Assembly: GCA_050181585.1 (NCBI GenBank)
Contig: JBFXDA010000022.1
Span: forward strand, 3,844-67,843
DNA length: 64,000 bases
Direction of reading: 5' to 3'
From: Reyranellaceae bacterium
GTDB taxonomy: Bacteria > Pseudomonadota > Alphaproteobacteria > Reyranellales > JAQSWP01
The notes under the pieces were generated by a model. It saw only the letters and a program-made list of their open reading frames with translations, was not told where the DNA came from and searched no databases. Made by a program: the position numbers and the translations under genes. Numbering within the stretch: position 1 is the stretch's first letter; every line of letters begins with the position of its first letter. Shown one piece after another: positions 39,220 to 49,007 of the stretch.

Positions 39220-40539
39220 ATGAGACTGCCGCGCATTACGCTGGCCGGGATCGCCGCGCCGGCCCTGCCCATCGCCGGGCTGGGCCTGCCGATCGTGGTC
39301 TATCTGCCGCCGTTCTTCGCCAACACCGTCGGCATTCCGCTGGCCATGGTCGGCGTCATCTTCATGCTGGGCCGCTTCTGGGACGTGCTGACCGACGTGC
39401 TCTTCGGCGTCGTCGCCGACCGCACCCGTCCGCCTTTGGGCCGGCGCAAGTTCTGGATGCTGCTGTCGGTGCCGGTCCTGATGGTCAGCGTCTGGCTGCT
39501 GTTCAACCCGCCCGAGGGTGCGGGCATCCTCTATCTCTCGCTGTGGCTGGCGGTGATGTATGTCGGCTGGACCATGGCGACCATCTCGGTGATCTCCTGG
39601 AGCGCCGAACTGTCGACCGACTACGACGAGCGCACCCGGGTGCAGGCCTGGTACATGGGCTTCCTGATGATCGGCCTGATCACCGTGCTGATCGTGCCGG
39701 CGGCCATCGAGCAGATCGGCGGCGGCGACAACCGCGCCAAGATGCAGGGCATCGCGCTGTTCATCATCGTCCTGCTGCCGGTCTGCTTCGGCTTCGCGCT
39801 GTGGAAAGTGCCGGAGCCGGCGGTGCGCGAGGACACGTCGGAGGACTGGGTCAAGGTGCTGAAGAGCATGTGGCGGTCCAAGCCGCTGCTGCTGATCCTG
39901 GCCTGCGACCTGGTGATCGGCCTGGCCAGCGGCATCGCCGGCTCGCTCTATCTTTTCGTCGCCGTCGACGCGCTGGGGCTGGGCGCCGGCGCCAGCCTGC
40001 TGCTGCTGTTCTATTTCTTCACCGGCTGCCTGGCCGTGCCGCTATGGGCCTGGGCGGCCAAGCGCATGGAGAAGCATCGCGCGCTGGCCGGCGCCTCGGT
40101 CTATGCCGGGCTGTCCTCGCTGCTGTTTCTCGTCGTGCCGATGGGCGACATGGCGTTCATGCTGGTCGTGACGGTGCTGAACGGCGTCACCTACGCTTCC
40201 GCCCGTTTCCTGCTCAAGGCGATGATGGCCGACGTCACCGATGCCGACCGGATGGAAAGCGGCCGCATGCAGTCGGGCGTGTATTTTTCCCTGCTGACCA
40301 TGACGGAGAAGATCGGCCTGGCGCTGGCGGTGGGCATTCCCTACGCCATTCTGCCGGCCATGGGCTTCCGCGCCGGCGGGCCCAACGCGCCCGAAGCGCT
40401 GAACGGGCTGATCCTGCTCTTCGCCCTGGCGCCGGCGGCGCTGCACCTGTCGGCCGCCGTCGTGCTGTGGCGCTTCCCGCTGGGCCGGCTGCGCCAGCAG
40501 GAGCTGCGCGCCAAGCTGGCCAGCCGCTTCGGCGACTGA
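39220..40539 (+). CDS. MFS transporter (GPH / MFS_2 family)
   Basis: About 12 TM helices; WDVLTD..FG..ADRT...GRRK.W, AELSTDYDERTR, MMADVTD motifs. Confidence 0.88.
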   Translation: MRLPRITLAGIAAPALPIAGLGLPIVVYLPPFFANTVGIPLAMVGVIFMLGRFWDVLTDVLFGVVADRTRPPLGRRKFWMLLSVPVLMVSVWLLFNPPEGAGILYLSLWLAVMYVGWTMATISVISWSAELSTDYDERTRVQAWYMGFLMIGLITVLIVPAAIEQIGGGDNRAKMQGIALFIIVLLPVCFGFALWKVPEPAVREDTSEDWVKVLKSMWRSKPLLLILACDLVIGLASGIAGSLYLFVAVDALGLGAGASLLLLFYFFTGCLAVPLWAWAAKRMEKHRALAGASVYAGLSSLLFLVVPMGDMAFMLVVTVLNGVTYASARFLLKAMMADVTDADRMESGRMQSGVYFSLLTMTEKIGLALAVGIPYAILPAMGFRAGGPNAPEALNGLILLFALAPAALHLSAAVVLWRFPLGRLRQQELRAKLASRFGD

Positions 40540-40549
40540 GCCGCGCCCC

Positions 40550-41476
40550 TTATCGTTCGCCCGGCCGCCGTTTCCAGGGCGGCGCGGGCGTGAACTGCTC
40601 GACCATGAAGTCGATGAAGGCGCGCAGGCGGGGCGGTTCGAAGCGCTGCGGCGGCCAGATCAGGTAGATCGGCACGCTCTCGCGCGGATTGAACGCCTCC
40701 AGCAGCAGCTCGAGCCGGCCCTGGGCGACGTCGTCGGCGACCATGAAATCGGCCAGCCGCATGATGCCGACGCCTTGCAGCGCCATCTGGTAGAGCAGCT
40801 CGCCGTTGTCGGCGACGAAATTGCCGGCGACCGGAAATTCGCGCACCGCCCCCTTCGGCTTCTCGCGCAGCGGCCAGGCGTTGAGCCAGTTCATGTAGTT
40901 GAAGTTCAGGCAGTTGTGGCGCGCCAGCTCCTGCGGCGTGCGCGGCCGGCCGTGGCGGGCGACATAGGCGGGGGCGGCGAAGATCTGGCGCGCGACGTGG
41001 CCGAGCTGGCGCGACTTCATGGCCGAATCCGGCGCGCGGCCGAAGCGGATGCCGATGTCGAACCCTTCCGCCACCAGATCGACGTTGCGGTCCTCCAGGT
41101 TCAGCTCCAGCCGCACCTCGGGATGGCGGCGCAGGAATTCCGGCACCAGCCGGGCGATCTGCGACAGGCCCAGCCCGACCGACGTCGTCACCCGCAGCAA
41201 CCCGCGCGGCACGCTGCCTTCGCGGCCGATGCGGGTCTCCACCTCGCGCAGCTCCTCGACCAGGGCGGCGGCCTGCCGGTAATAGGCCTCGCCCTCGGCG
41301 GTGGGGCGCATCTGGCGGGTCGTGCGCTGCAGCAGGCGCACCCCCAGCCGCTCCTCCAGCCGCGCCATCAGCTTGCTCACCGCCGAGGGCGACCGGCCGA
41401 GCCTGGCCGCCGCGGCGGTGAAGCCGCCGGTCTCGATCACGCAGACGAAGGCGTCGATCTCGTCCAGCCGTGCCAT
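40550..41476 (-). CDS. LysR family regulator (CrgA-like)
   Basis: GGFTAAAARLGRSPSAVSK...LGVRLLQRTTR; DLVAEGFDIGIR. Confidence 0.92.
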   Translation of the reverse strand: MARLDEIDAFVCVIETGGFTAAAARLGRSPSAVSKLMARLEERLGVRLLQRTTRQMRPTAEGEAYYRQAAALVEELREVETRIGREGSVPRGLLRVTTSVGLGLSQIARLVPEFLRRHPEVRLELNLEDRNVDLVAEGFDIGIRFGRAPDSAMKSRQLGHVARQIFAAPAYVARHGRPRTPQELARHNCLNFNYMNWLNAWPLREKPKGAVREFPVAGNFVADNGELLYQMALQGVGIMRLADFMVADDVAQGRLELLLEAFNPRESVPIYLIWPPQRFEPPRLRAFIDFMVEQFTPAPPWKRRPGER

Positions 41477-41572
41477 TTGTGAATTCCATTCATAAATGAT
41501 CGGAAACGATAGCGTATTAATTCCTTTGCGGCCAGGCGCGATAAAGGCGGCGGGAGCGAGAAGGAGATCGTC

Positions 41573-41770
41573 ATGACCCCCGTCAGGCCCCGCATTCCGC
41601 CCGAGTTCTTCGACCGCGCCCGGCGCCTGGCCGCCGAGGAGCGCGCCAAGGCGATGGCCGCGTTCTTCGCCGGGCTGGGCCGCCTGCTGCACCGTCTCGT
41701 CCGCCGCCGGCGCGCGCCGCGCGACGTGCATTTTCGCTTCCACTGCCGCGGCCTGTGGCATGGCGTCTGA
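41573..41770 (+). CDS. Small hypothetical protein (RSP_7527-like)
   Basis: AAGGAG RBS; ARRLAAEERAKAMAAFF amphipathic helix; divergent from the LysR gene. Confidence 0.5.
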   Translation: MTPVRPRIPPEFFDRARRLAAEERAKAMAAFFAGLGRLLHRLVRRRRAPRDVHFRFHCRGLWHGV

Positions 41771-42269
41771 GGCGGCGCTGGCGCATTGGCGGCTGATGGC
41801 GGCCTATAACGGCGCCGCCAACCGCCGCCTCTATGCCGCCTGCGCCCTGCTCGACGACAGGGCGCGCAAGCGCGATCGCGCCGCCGCCTTCGGCTCCATC
41901 CATGGCACGCTGAACCATCTGATGGTCGGCGACCTGATCTGGATGGCGCGGTTGGAGGGCGGCGAGGCGCCCTCGACCGGGCTGGGTGCGGAGCTCTATT
42001 CCCGCTTCGCCGCCCTGGCGCGGGCGCGGCAGGCGCTGGACCGGCGCATCGCGGCGTTCTTCGCCGCGCTCGATGCGGCGGCGCTGGGCCGCGACATCGC
42101 CTATGTCAACAACCAGGGCCGCCGCTTCCGCGATCCGCTGTCGCTGCTGCTGCCGCATTTCTTCAACCACCAGACCCATCATCGCGGCCAGGTCCATGCG
42201 CTGCTGAGCCAGGCCGGCGTCGAGGCGCCGGTGCTCGACCTGCACCGGGTTCTGAAACCCGATCCCTGA
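41760..42269 (+). CDS. DinB family protein
   Basis: AYNGAANRRL, FGSIHGTLNHL, HFFNHQTHHRGQ motifs. Confidence 0.88.
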   Translation: MASEAALAHWRLMAAYNGAANRRLYAACALLDDRARKRDRAAAFGSIHGTLNHLMVGDLIWMARLEGGEAPSTGLGAELYSRFAALARARQALDRRIAAFFAALDAAALGRDIAYVNNQGRRFRDPLSLLLPHFFNHQTHHRGQVHALLSQAGVEAPVLDLHRVLKPDP

Positions 42270-42390
42270 CCCCGATTCCCGAGGGCGGCGTTCCGCGCCG
42301 CACAACGCCCGGCGACGCCCCATTTGCCTTGGCGCGCCACCTGTTCTATCCATGATGAAACAGTTCAAGAACGAGTGCGGGGGCAGCGCC

Positions 42391-43593
42391 GTGAGCGAAC
42401 CGAAAGCTTTTGCCGGCATGCGGGTGGTCGACCTGACGCAGGGGATCGCCGGCCCGCATTGCACCATGCTGCTGGCCCAGCACGGCGCCGACGTGATCAA
42501 GATCGAGCCCATGGAGGGCGACTGGGGCCGCACCCTGGGCGAGCTGCGCGGCGACCATGGCGGGCATTCGGTGGCGTTCAACCGCGGCAAGCGCTCGATC
42601 GCGCTGAACCTGAAGCATCCCGAGGGCATCGCCATCGTGCGCAAGCTGACGGCGCAGGCGCATGTCTTCGGCGAGAGCTTCCGGCCCGGCGTGGTCGGGC
42701 GGCTGGGGTTGGGCTACGAGGCGGTCAAGGCGATGAACGGCAAGATCGTCTATTTCTCCGTCTCGGGCTTCGGGCAGGAAGGGCCGTTCAGCCGGCGGCC
42801 GACGGTCGATGCGCTGATCCAGGCCTTCTCGGGCATGATGGTGATGAACCGCACCGCCGACGGCGTGCCGCACCGCCAGGGCATGATCGCGGTCGACGTG
42901 CTGACCGGACTGTACGGCTTCCAGGCCGTGTCGGCGGCGCTGATGCGGCAGGTCCGCTTCGGCGTCGGAACCTTCATCGACAATTCCATGATGCAGGCGA
43001 CCGCCGCGTTCCAGGGCGCCAAGCTGATGGAGCACGCCATCTCCAACGGCAATCCGCCGCCGCTCTACGTGCCGACCGGCATGTTCCGCACCAGCAACGG
43101 CTATATCGTGGTCTCCTCGATGCGCCAGCATCATTTCAACAAGCTGATGGAACTCGTCGGCCGCCCCGAACTGCTGGACGACCCGCGCCTGCAGACGCAT
43201 GAAACGCGCCTGCGCAGCGCGCCGATCGTCAACAAGGTGCTGGCCGAGGCGTTCCCGGCCAAAACCACCGAGGAGTGGCTGGAGCTGCTGATCGGGGCCG
43301 GCGTCTTCGCCGAGCGGGTCAACAACTACCAGGACTATCTCGACCACCCGCACGTGCAGGCGGTGCGCTCGGTCGACTGGCTGGAGCAGGACGGCGTCGG
43401 CCGGATGCCGATCGCGCGCATCCCCGGCCTGCCGCGCCCGTCCGAGGATCCCGCCGCGCAGCACGCGCCGCATATCGGCGAGCAGGGCCGCGAAATCCTG
43501 GCCGAGATGGGCTACGGCAACGGCGACATCGAGCGGCTGATCGCGGACGGCGCGGTTGGCGCCGGCTCCGGCGCGGCGCAGGCGGCGGAGTAG
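42391..43593 (+). CDS. Family III CoA-transferase (CaiB/BaiF)
   Basis: RVVDLTQGIAGP...GADVIKIEP..GD, FNRGKRSI, SFRPG, APHIGE motifs. Confidence 0.9.
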   Translation: MSEPKAFAGMRVVDLTQGIAGPHCTMLLAQHGADVIKIEPMEGDWGRTLGELRGDHGGHSVAFNRGKRSIALNLKHPEGIAIVRKLTAQAHVFGESFRPGVVGRLGLGYEAVKAMNGKIVYFSVSGFGQEGPFSRRPTVDALIQAFSGMMVMNRTADGVPHRQGMIAVDVLTGLYGFQAVSAALMRQVRFGVGTFIDNSMMQATAAFQGAKLMEHAISNGNPPPLYVPTGMFRTSNGYIVVSSMRQHHFNKLMELVGRPELLDDPRLQTHETRLRSAPIVNKVLAEAFPAKTTEEWLELLIGAGVFAERVNNYQDYLDHPHVQAVRSVDWLEQDGVGRMPIARIPGLPRPSEDPAAQHAPHIGEQGREILAEMGYGNGDIERLIADGAVGAGSGAAQAAE

Positions 43594-43594
43594 T

Positions 43595-44161
43595 TCAGTC
43601 CAGCTCCATGCCGGCTTTCTCCAGCCGCCGTTTCAGCGCCTCGCGATCCTTTTCCAGGAGCGGCAGGATCGCCTGGCGCGCCTGGGCGGTGTCGGCCAGC
43701 AGCGCCTCGGCCGCCGGCCGCGCCTCGCGATCGGCCTGGCGCATGCGCTGCAAATTGGCCGCCGCGTCGCGGTAGTAGCGGCGAATGGCGGTCAGGCTGG
43801 CGGCGGGGACCTGGAAGGTCTCCTTGGAGAAGCGCATGGCCTCCCAGACGAAGGTCTGCAATTCGTAGCGCCCGCCGCGGGCGAAGAAGGTCTGCGCCTG
43901 GCCGCCGGTGAAGGCTTTGCCCCATTGTTCGGCCTGGTCGAGGTTGTCGCGGAATTCCTCGAGCAGCGCCGAGCGCAGATGGTAGCCGTCCTTGTCGCCC
44001 ATCATCCGCTCGAAGCGGACGGCCTGCGCGAAGCCGGTCTGCGCCGCCAGGTAGACGCCCAGCACCGTGGCCAGGACGATCACCGCCTGCGCCACCCAGA
44101 ATTCGACATTGTCCTTCTCGCGCACCCGCAGGAAGCGCGCCCAGCCTGCCACCCCGACCAT
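43595..44161 (-). CDS. Hypothetical single-TM protein
   Basis: One N-terminal TM helix (IVLATVLGVYLAA); typical codon bias. Confidence 0.65.
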   Translation of the reverse strand: MVGVAGWARFLRVREKDNVEFWVAQAVIVLATVLGVYLAAQTGFAQAVRFERMMGDKDGYHLRSALLEEFRDNLDQAEQWGKAFTGGQAQTFFARGGRYELQTFVWEAMRFSKETFQVPAASLTAIRRYYRDAAANLQRMRQADREARPAAEALLADTAQARQAILPLLEKDREALKRRLEKAGMELD

Positions 44162-44205
44162 GTTCCCCCGATTCCCCGCCAGATCCTATGCGTTGCCAAT
44201 CGCAA

Positions 44206-45294
44206 TTATTGTTCGGATTTGGCTTTTCGGGCAATGGCGTCGGTTTGGATGGGCGGCCGGGTCTGGAAGATGCGGCCATCGGCGGAGAGCAGCACCGCCA
44301 CCGGCCGGGTCTGCTCGAAATTGGCCAGCACGATCATGACGATGACCATGATCGGCACGCACAGGAACATGCCGATCACGCCCCAGATCGTGCCCCACAC
44401 CATCAGCGACAGGATGATGACGAAGGGGCTGAGGTTGAGCGAGCGGCCCATGATGGCGGGCTCGATGATGTTGGCGGTGGTGATCTGGGTCACGCCCATG
44501 GTGATGGCGACGATGAAGAAGGGCGTCAGGCTGTCGAACTGCACCAGGGTCAGCAGCATCGGCGAGAGGATGGCCAGCAGCGAGCCGACGGTGGGGATGA
44601 AATAGAAGAAGAAGATCAGCACCGCCCAGAAGCCGGCGAAATCCAGCCCCACCGACCACATGATGACGTAGCCGATCAGCGCCACGATCAGGCCGAGCAG
44701 GATCTTGATGCGCAGATAGACCTGAATGTCCTGCGAGATCTGCGCCAGGATGGTCTTCAGCCGCGCCGAGCGCACCGGGTCGTGGAACAGCAGCTCGATC
44801 TTGCGGTTGGCGTTGATCTGCTCGACGAAGAGAAACCCGACATAGACCACGACGATGCCGATGATGCCGGCCACCGAGGCCGCCGCACCGGCGATGTCGG
44901 ACAGCACCTGGCCCAGGTCGAAGCGGTTGAAGAGCTGCGACAGGGTCGGCGCCTCGTCGAACCCCAGCCGGTCGGCGGCGTGCAGGAACACCCGCTCCAG
45001 CCGCTGCTGGTAGCCGGGGGCGGCGGCGATGACGGCGGTGACGTTGCGGCCGATGATGGTGCCCAGCACCCAGACCAGCGTGCCGAAGCTCAGGATGGCG
45101 GCGGTCAGCGCCACCGAGCGGGGCAGGGCGAAGCTGCCAATCTTCAGCCGCTTGTAGAACTCGGCCAGCGTGTCGATCAGGTACCAGAAGACCACCGCCA
45201 GCACGAGCGGCTGCAACAGGTTGCGGCCGACGATCATCAGATAGCCGGTCAGCGTCAGGATGAAGAGCCAGAGGGCGTAGCGGGCGAGCGTCAT
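44206..45294 (-). CDS. AI-2E family transporter
   Basis: Multi-TM protein; FIPTVGS, NIIEPAIMGRSLNLSP, WG.IWGVIGMFL.VP motifs. Confidence 0.88.
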   Translation of the reverse strand: MTLARYALWLFILTLTGYLMIVGRNLLQPLVLAVVFWYLIDTLAEFYKRLKIGSFALPRSVALTAAILSFGTLVWVLGTIIGRNVTAVIAAAPGYQQRLERVFLHAADRLGFDEAPTLSQLFNRFDLGQVLSDIAGAAASVAGIIGIVVVYVGFLFVEQINANRKIELLFHDPVRSARLKTILAQISQDIQVYLRIKILLGLIVALIGYVIMWSVGLDFAGFWAVLIFFFYFIPTVGSLLAILSPMLLTLVQFDSLTPFFIVAITMGVTQITTANIIEPAIMGRSLNLSPFVIILSLMVWGTIWGVIGMFLCVPIMVIVMIVLANFEQTRPVAVLLSADGRIFQTRPPIQTDAIARKAKSEQ

Positions 45295-45398
45295 GGTGCG
45301 GCCCGCAGTATGCCCGCTTCGGCCGCCGCCGTCTGCCGCCGCCGACCGCCGCCGACCGCCGCCGGCCGGCGCGCCGCCGCGGTTGCGCCGCGGCGGGA

Positions 45399-45465
45399 TT
45401 GACTCCGAGGGTCGCGTCTCGCATCATGAAATCTCATTAAAAACAAATGTTCTTATAAAGAACAT
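45399..45465 (+). promoter_or_regulatory. Promoter with a downstream palindromic operator
   Basis: TTGACT-N17-CATCAT, followed by ATGTTCTT-ATA-AAGAACAT (45447-45465). Confidence 0.6.
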
Positions 45466-45507
45466 ACCGGGAAGCTTCCTCGCATCACTTCTGGAAAGGC
45501 GCCGCCC

Positions 45508-46494
45508 ATGACCCTCACGAGACGCTCGCTGCTTCGCCGTTCCGCCGGCGCCGCCGCCCTTTTCGCCGCACCCTTGGGCGCGCCCTTCGTCGCCCGCGCC
45601 TCGGAGGCGTCGAAAGTGTCGCTGGGCGGCATGTCCAACGGCTGGTCGCTGATGGCGACCACGCTGATGAAGGAGCGCGGCTTCGACCGGAAGCACAAGG
45701 TCGAGGTCGAGACCAAGTTCTATCCGACCCTGTCGATCTACTACGCCGACTACGTCGCCGGCCGCATCGACGTCGCCATGGGCGCCTGGGACTTCTTCGC
45801 CACCCAGTACCTCAAGGGCACGCCGATCAAGCTGCTGGGCGCGGTGTCGACCTATTCCATGGCCGGCTTCCTGGTCGGGCCCAAGGGGCCTCGGACGGTC
45901 GAGGAGCTGAAGGGCAAGTCGGTCGCCGCCCTGCAGGGCGGCGGCCTCTATTCGCTGACCAAGGCGACCTTGAAGAAATTCTCCAACATCGAGCTGGAGA
46001 AGGATTCGCCGGTGCAGAACATCCAGAACATCAATGCCGGCGTCACGCTGGTGGCGGCCGACCGCGCCGACGCGACGCTGGTGTGGGAGCCGGGCCTGGC
46101 CACCGGGCTGCAGAAGATCCAGGGCTCGCGCATCCTGATCACCATCGACGACTACCTGAAGAAGCATGTCGGCCGCGAAGGCCCGTATTTCGCCCTGTCG
46201 CTGCAGCAGGAGACGCTGAAGCGCGATCCCTCGGTGGCGCGCCGGCTGGAGGACGTCTATCACGAGCTGTTCGCCTATGTCGCCAAGCATCCCGACGAGT
46301 TCGCCGAGATGGGCAAGGTGCAGGACCTCGACCCCGCCATCATGCGCGAGGCGCTGAACTCGGGCCGGCTGAAGCTGGCGCTGCGCCCGGCGCGCGAGGA
46401 CAAGCACCGGTCGGACATGCAGTTCTTCGCCGACCTGCTGAGCGAGAGCGGCGGCCTGCCGGGCAAGCTCGACGGCGGCTTCTATATCGCCTGA
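45508..46494 (+). CDS. ABC transporter substrate-binding protein (TauA/NMT1-like), Tat-exported
   Basis: TRRSLL signal; VEELKGKSVA and ADATLVWEP motifs. Confidence 0.82.
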   Translation: MTLTRRSLLRRSAGAAALFAAPLGAPFVARASEASKVSLGGMSNGWSLMATTLMKERGFDRKHKVEVETKFYPTLSIYYADYVAGRIDVAMGAWDFFATQYLKGTPIKLLGAVSTYSMAGFLVGPKGPRTVEELKGKSVAALQGGGLYSLTKATLKKFSNIELEKDSPVQNIQNINAGVTLVAADRADATLVWEPGLATGLQKIQGSRILITIDDYLKKHVGREGPYFALSLQQETLKRDPSVARRLEDVYHELFAYVAKHPDEFAEMGKVQDLDPAIMREALNSGRLKLALRPAREDKHRSDMQFFADLLSESGGLPGKLDGGFYIA

Positions 46495-46503
46495 GGCCGC
46501 ACC

Positions 46504-47319
46504 ATGACCGATGCGGTCCGCCTCGAGGGGCCGGCGGTCGTGCCGCCGGGCACCAGCACCGCGACCCTGATCAAGCGCGATCTGTGGGCCAACGCCGTGG
46601 TCATCCTGCTGCTGGTCGCCGGCATGCAGGTGTGGAGCGGCTTCGTGCCCAACTACATCATGCCCGCGCCGCTGGAGACGGCGGCGGCGGTGGGCAAGGT
46701 GCTGACGCGCGATTTGGGCGACATCGCCATCACCCTGCTGCGGCTGTTCTACGCCGTCGCCTTCGCGCTGGTGGCGGGTTGCCTGATCGGGGCGGCGATG
46801 GCGATGGTCCGTCCGCTGCAGCCCTACCTGAAGTCGATCATCGTGATCAACACCGGCATCCCGGCCCTGTCGTGGATGCTGTTCGCCATCTTCTGGTTCA
46901 AGAACGCCGAGCTGCGCATCTTCTTCATCCTGGCGATGATCCTGATCCCGTTCTACGCGCTCAACATCTACGACGGCATCCGCGCCCTCTCCACCGACCT
47001 GGTCGAGATGGTCGAGACCTTCCGCCCCACGCGCCTGCACGTGCTGCGCTTCCTGATCCTGCCGCACATCGTGCCCTACGTGCTGATGACCACCAAGTCG
47101 ATCATCGGCTACGCCGCGCGCATGACCGCCTTCGCCGAGCTGCTCGGCTCCACCATCGGTATGGGCGCGAAAATGGGGCTGGCGCAGAACAATTTCCACA
47201 TGGACCAGGTCATCGCCTGGACCGTGCTGCTGGTGGTGCTGAACCTGTCGCTGCAGGGGCTGGTGGCGGGGGCCGAGCGACTGCTGCTGCGCTGGCGGCC
47301 CGAGGTGGTGGTGCGATGA
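46504..47319 (+). CDS. ABC transporter permease (TauC/SsuC-like)
   Basis: TM helices; IPALSW, EAA-like loop, AELLGS motifs. Confidence 0.85.
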   Translation: MTDAVRLEGPAVVPPGTSTATLIKRDLWANAVVILLLVAGMQVWSGFVPNYIMPAPLETAAAVGKVLTRDLGDIAITLLRLFYAVAFALVAGCLIGAAMAMVRPLQPYLKSIIVINTGIPALSWMLFAIFWFKNAELRIFFILAMILIPFYALNIYDGIRALSTDLVEMVETFRPTRLHVLRFLILPHIVPYVLMTTKSIIGYAARMTAFAELLGSTIGMGAKMGLAQNNFHMDQVIAWTVLLVVLNLSLQGLVAGAERLLLRWRPEVVVR

Positions 47320-48113
47320 GCGCGCCGGCGACCGACAACCGCGTCATCGCGCTGCAGCGCGCCTCCAAGTTCTTCGCCGGCAAGCCCGCCGTCGAGGAGC
47401 TGAGCTTCGCCGTGACGCGCGGCGAGATCGTGGCCCTGGTCGGCCGCACCGGTGCGGGCAAGAGCACCGCCCTGCACATGATCATGGGCGTGATGCCGCC
47501 CGATGCGGGCAGTGTGGCGGTGGAAGGGCTCGATCCCTACCGCCAGTTCCGCCAGTTGCGCGGCAAGCTCTCGGTCAGTTTCCAGACCGACCGGCTGCTG
47601 CCCTGGCGCAATGCGGTCGAGAATGTCGAGCTCGGCCTGCAGATCGCCGGCATGGGCGCGGAGGAGCGGCGCCAGCGGGCGCTGCAATGGCTGGAGAACG
47701 TCAAGATCTTCGGCCCCGAGAACGCGGCCAAGTATCCGCACCAATTGTCCGGCGGCATGCGCCAGCGCGTCTCGCTGGCCCGCGCCCTGGCGGTCGATCC
47801 CGCCCTGGTGCTGCTGGACGAAAGCTTCAGCCAGCTCGACCACGTCACCTCCGCCGCGCTGCGCGCCGATTTCGCCGCCCTGGTGCGGCGGTTGGGCAAG
47901 ACCTGCGTGCTGATCACGCACCGCATCGACGACGCGCTGGAGATGGCCGACCGCATCCTGGTGCTGGCCGCCCCGGCGCGGCTGATGCTGGAGGTCGCCG
48001 TCACGCCGGCGCTGCGCGCCGAGAAGGCCTGGCGCGAGAAGCAGCACCGCGATATCGCCGCCGCCATGGCCGAGGGCCTGGCCCCGGCCGCCAATGCCGC
48101 CGCGGCGAGCTGA
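47316..48113 (+). CDS. ABC transporter ATP-binding protein (TauB/SsuB-like)
   Basis: GRTGAGKST, YPHQLSGGMRQR, LLDESFSQLD, ITH; ATGA overlap with the permease. Confidence 0.9.
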   Translation: MSAPATDNRVIALQRASKFFAGKPAVEELSFAVTRGEIVALVGRTGAGKSTALHMIMGVMPPDAGSVAVEGLDPYRQFRQLRGKLSVSFQTDRLLPWRNAVENVELGLQIAGMGAEERRQRALQWLENVKIFGPENAAKYPHQLSGGMRQRVSLARALAVDPALVLLDESFSQLDHVTSAALRADFAALVRRLGKTCVLITHRIDDALEMADRILVLAAPARLMLEVAVTPALRAEKAWREKQHRDIAAAMAEGLAPAANAAAAS

Positions 48114-48137
48114 GGATCGATTGTGAGGGAGGGAAGC

Positions 48138-49007
48138 ATGAACTTCGAACTGCTGTCGCCGTCGATCGGGGCGGAGGTGCAGGGGCTGGACCTGTCGCAG
48201 CCGATGGACGAGGCGGCCTTTGCCACGGTGCGCGATGCCTTCCATCGCTACCAGATCCTGCTGTTCCGCGGCCAGACCCTGAGCGAGGACCGGCACATCG
48301 CCTTCTCCCGCCGCTTCGGCGAGCTGGAGATCCATCCCGCCAAGCAGTACCTGCTGCCCGGCCATCCCGAGATCCTGGTGCTGAGCAACGAATTGAAGCC
48401 CGACGGCAGCCGCGTCTCGATCGCCGATGGCGGCGTCGACTGGCACTCCGACCTGTCCTTCGTGCGCGAGCCCAGCCTGGGCTCGCTGCTCTACGCCATC
48501 CGCGTGCCCGACGATCCCGAAATCTACCAGGACACCGAATGGGCCAGCATGTACCACGCCTACGAGACCCTGCCGGAAAGCACGCGCCGGCGGCTGGACG
48601 GCCTGCGCGCCATCCACGTCTTCGACCAGGACCAGAACCCGCGCCTGCCGCCCTCCGACACCCGCTTCCGCGACAAGCACTCGCCCGACCTCAAGGCGCG
48701 CACGCCGCCGGTCACGCATCCGCTGGTGCGCACCCATCCGGTGACGCGGCGCAAGGTGCTCTACGTGTCGATCCGCTTCACCGTCGGCATCGAGAACCTG
48801 CCCCGGGCCGAGGGCGATGCGCTGCTCGACGAGCTGTTCGAGCACCAGGCGCGGCTGGGCGGTTCCTACCGCCATCGCTGGCGCGCCGGCGACCTGATGC
48901 TGTGGGACAATCGCTGCACCAACCACCGCGCCGTCGGTTCGGTGGTGCCGCAGCCGCATGTCAGGCGCATGCAGCGCACCACGGTCAGGGGCGACGCGCC
49001 GTTCTAG
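48138..49007 (+). CDS. TauD/TfdA family Fe(II)/2-oxoglutarate dioxygenase
   Basis: IGAEVQGLDL, WHSD (HxD), HPLVRTHP, WDNRCTNHRA motifs. Confidence 0.92.
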   Translation: MNFELLSPSIGAEVQGLDLSQPMDEAAFATVRDAFHRYQILLFRGQTLSEDRHIAFSRRFGELEIHPAKQYLLPGHPEILVLSNELKPDGSRVSIADGGVDWHSDLSFVREPSLGSLLYAIRVPDDPEIYQDTEWASMYHAYETLPESTRRRLDGLRAIHVFDQDQNPRLPPSDTRFRDKHSPDLKARTPPVTHPLVRTHPVTRRKVLYVSIRFTVGIENLPRAEGDALLDELFEHQARLGGSYRHRWRAGDLMLWDNRCTNHRAVGSVVPQPHVRRMQRTTVRGDAPF

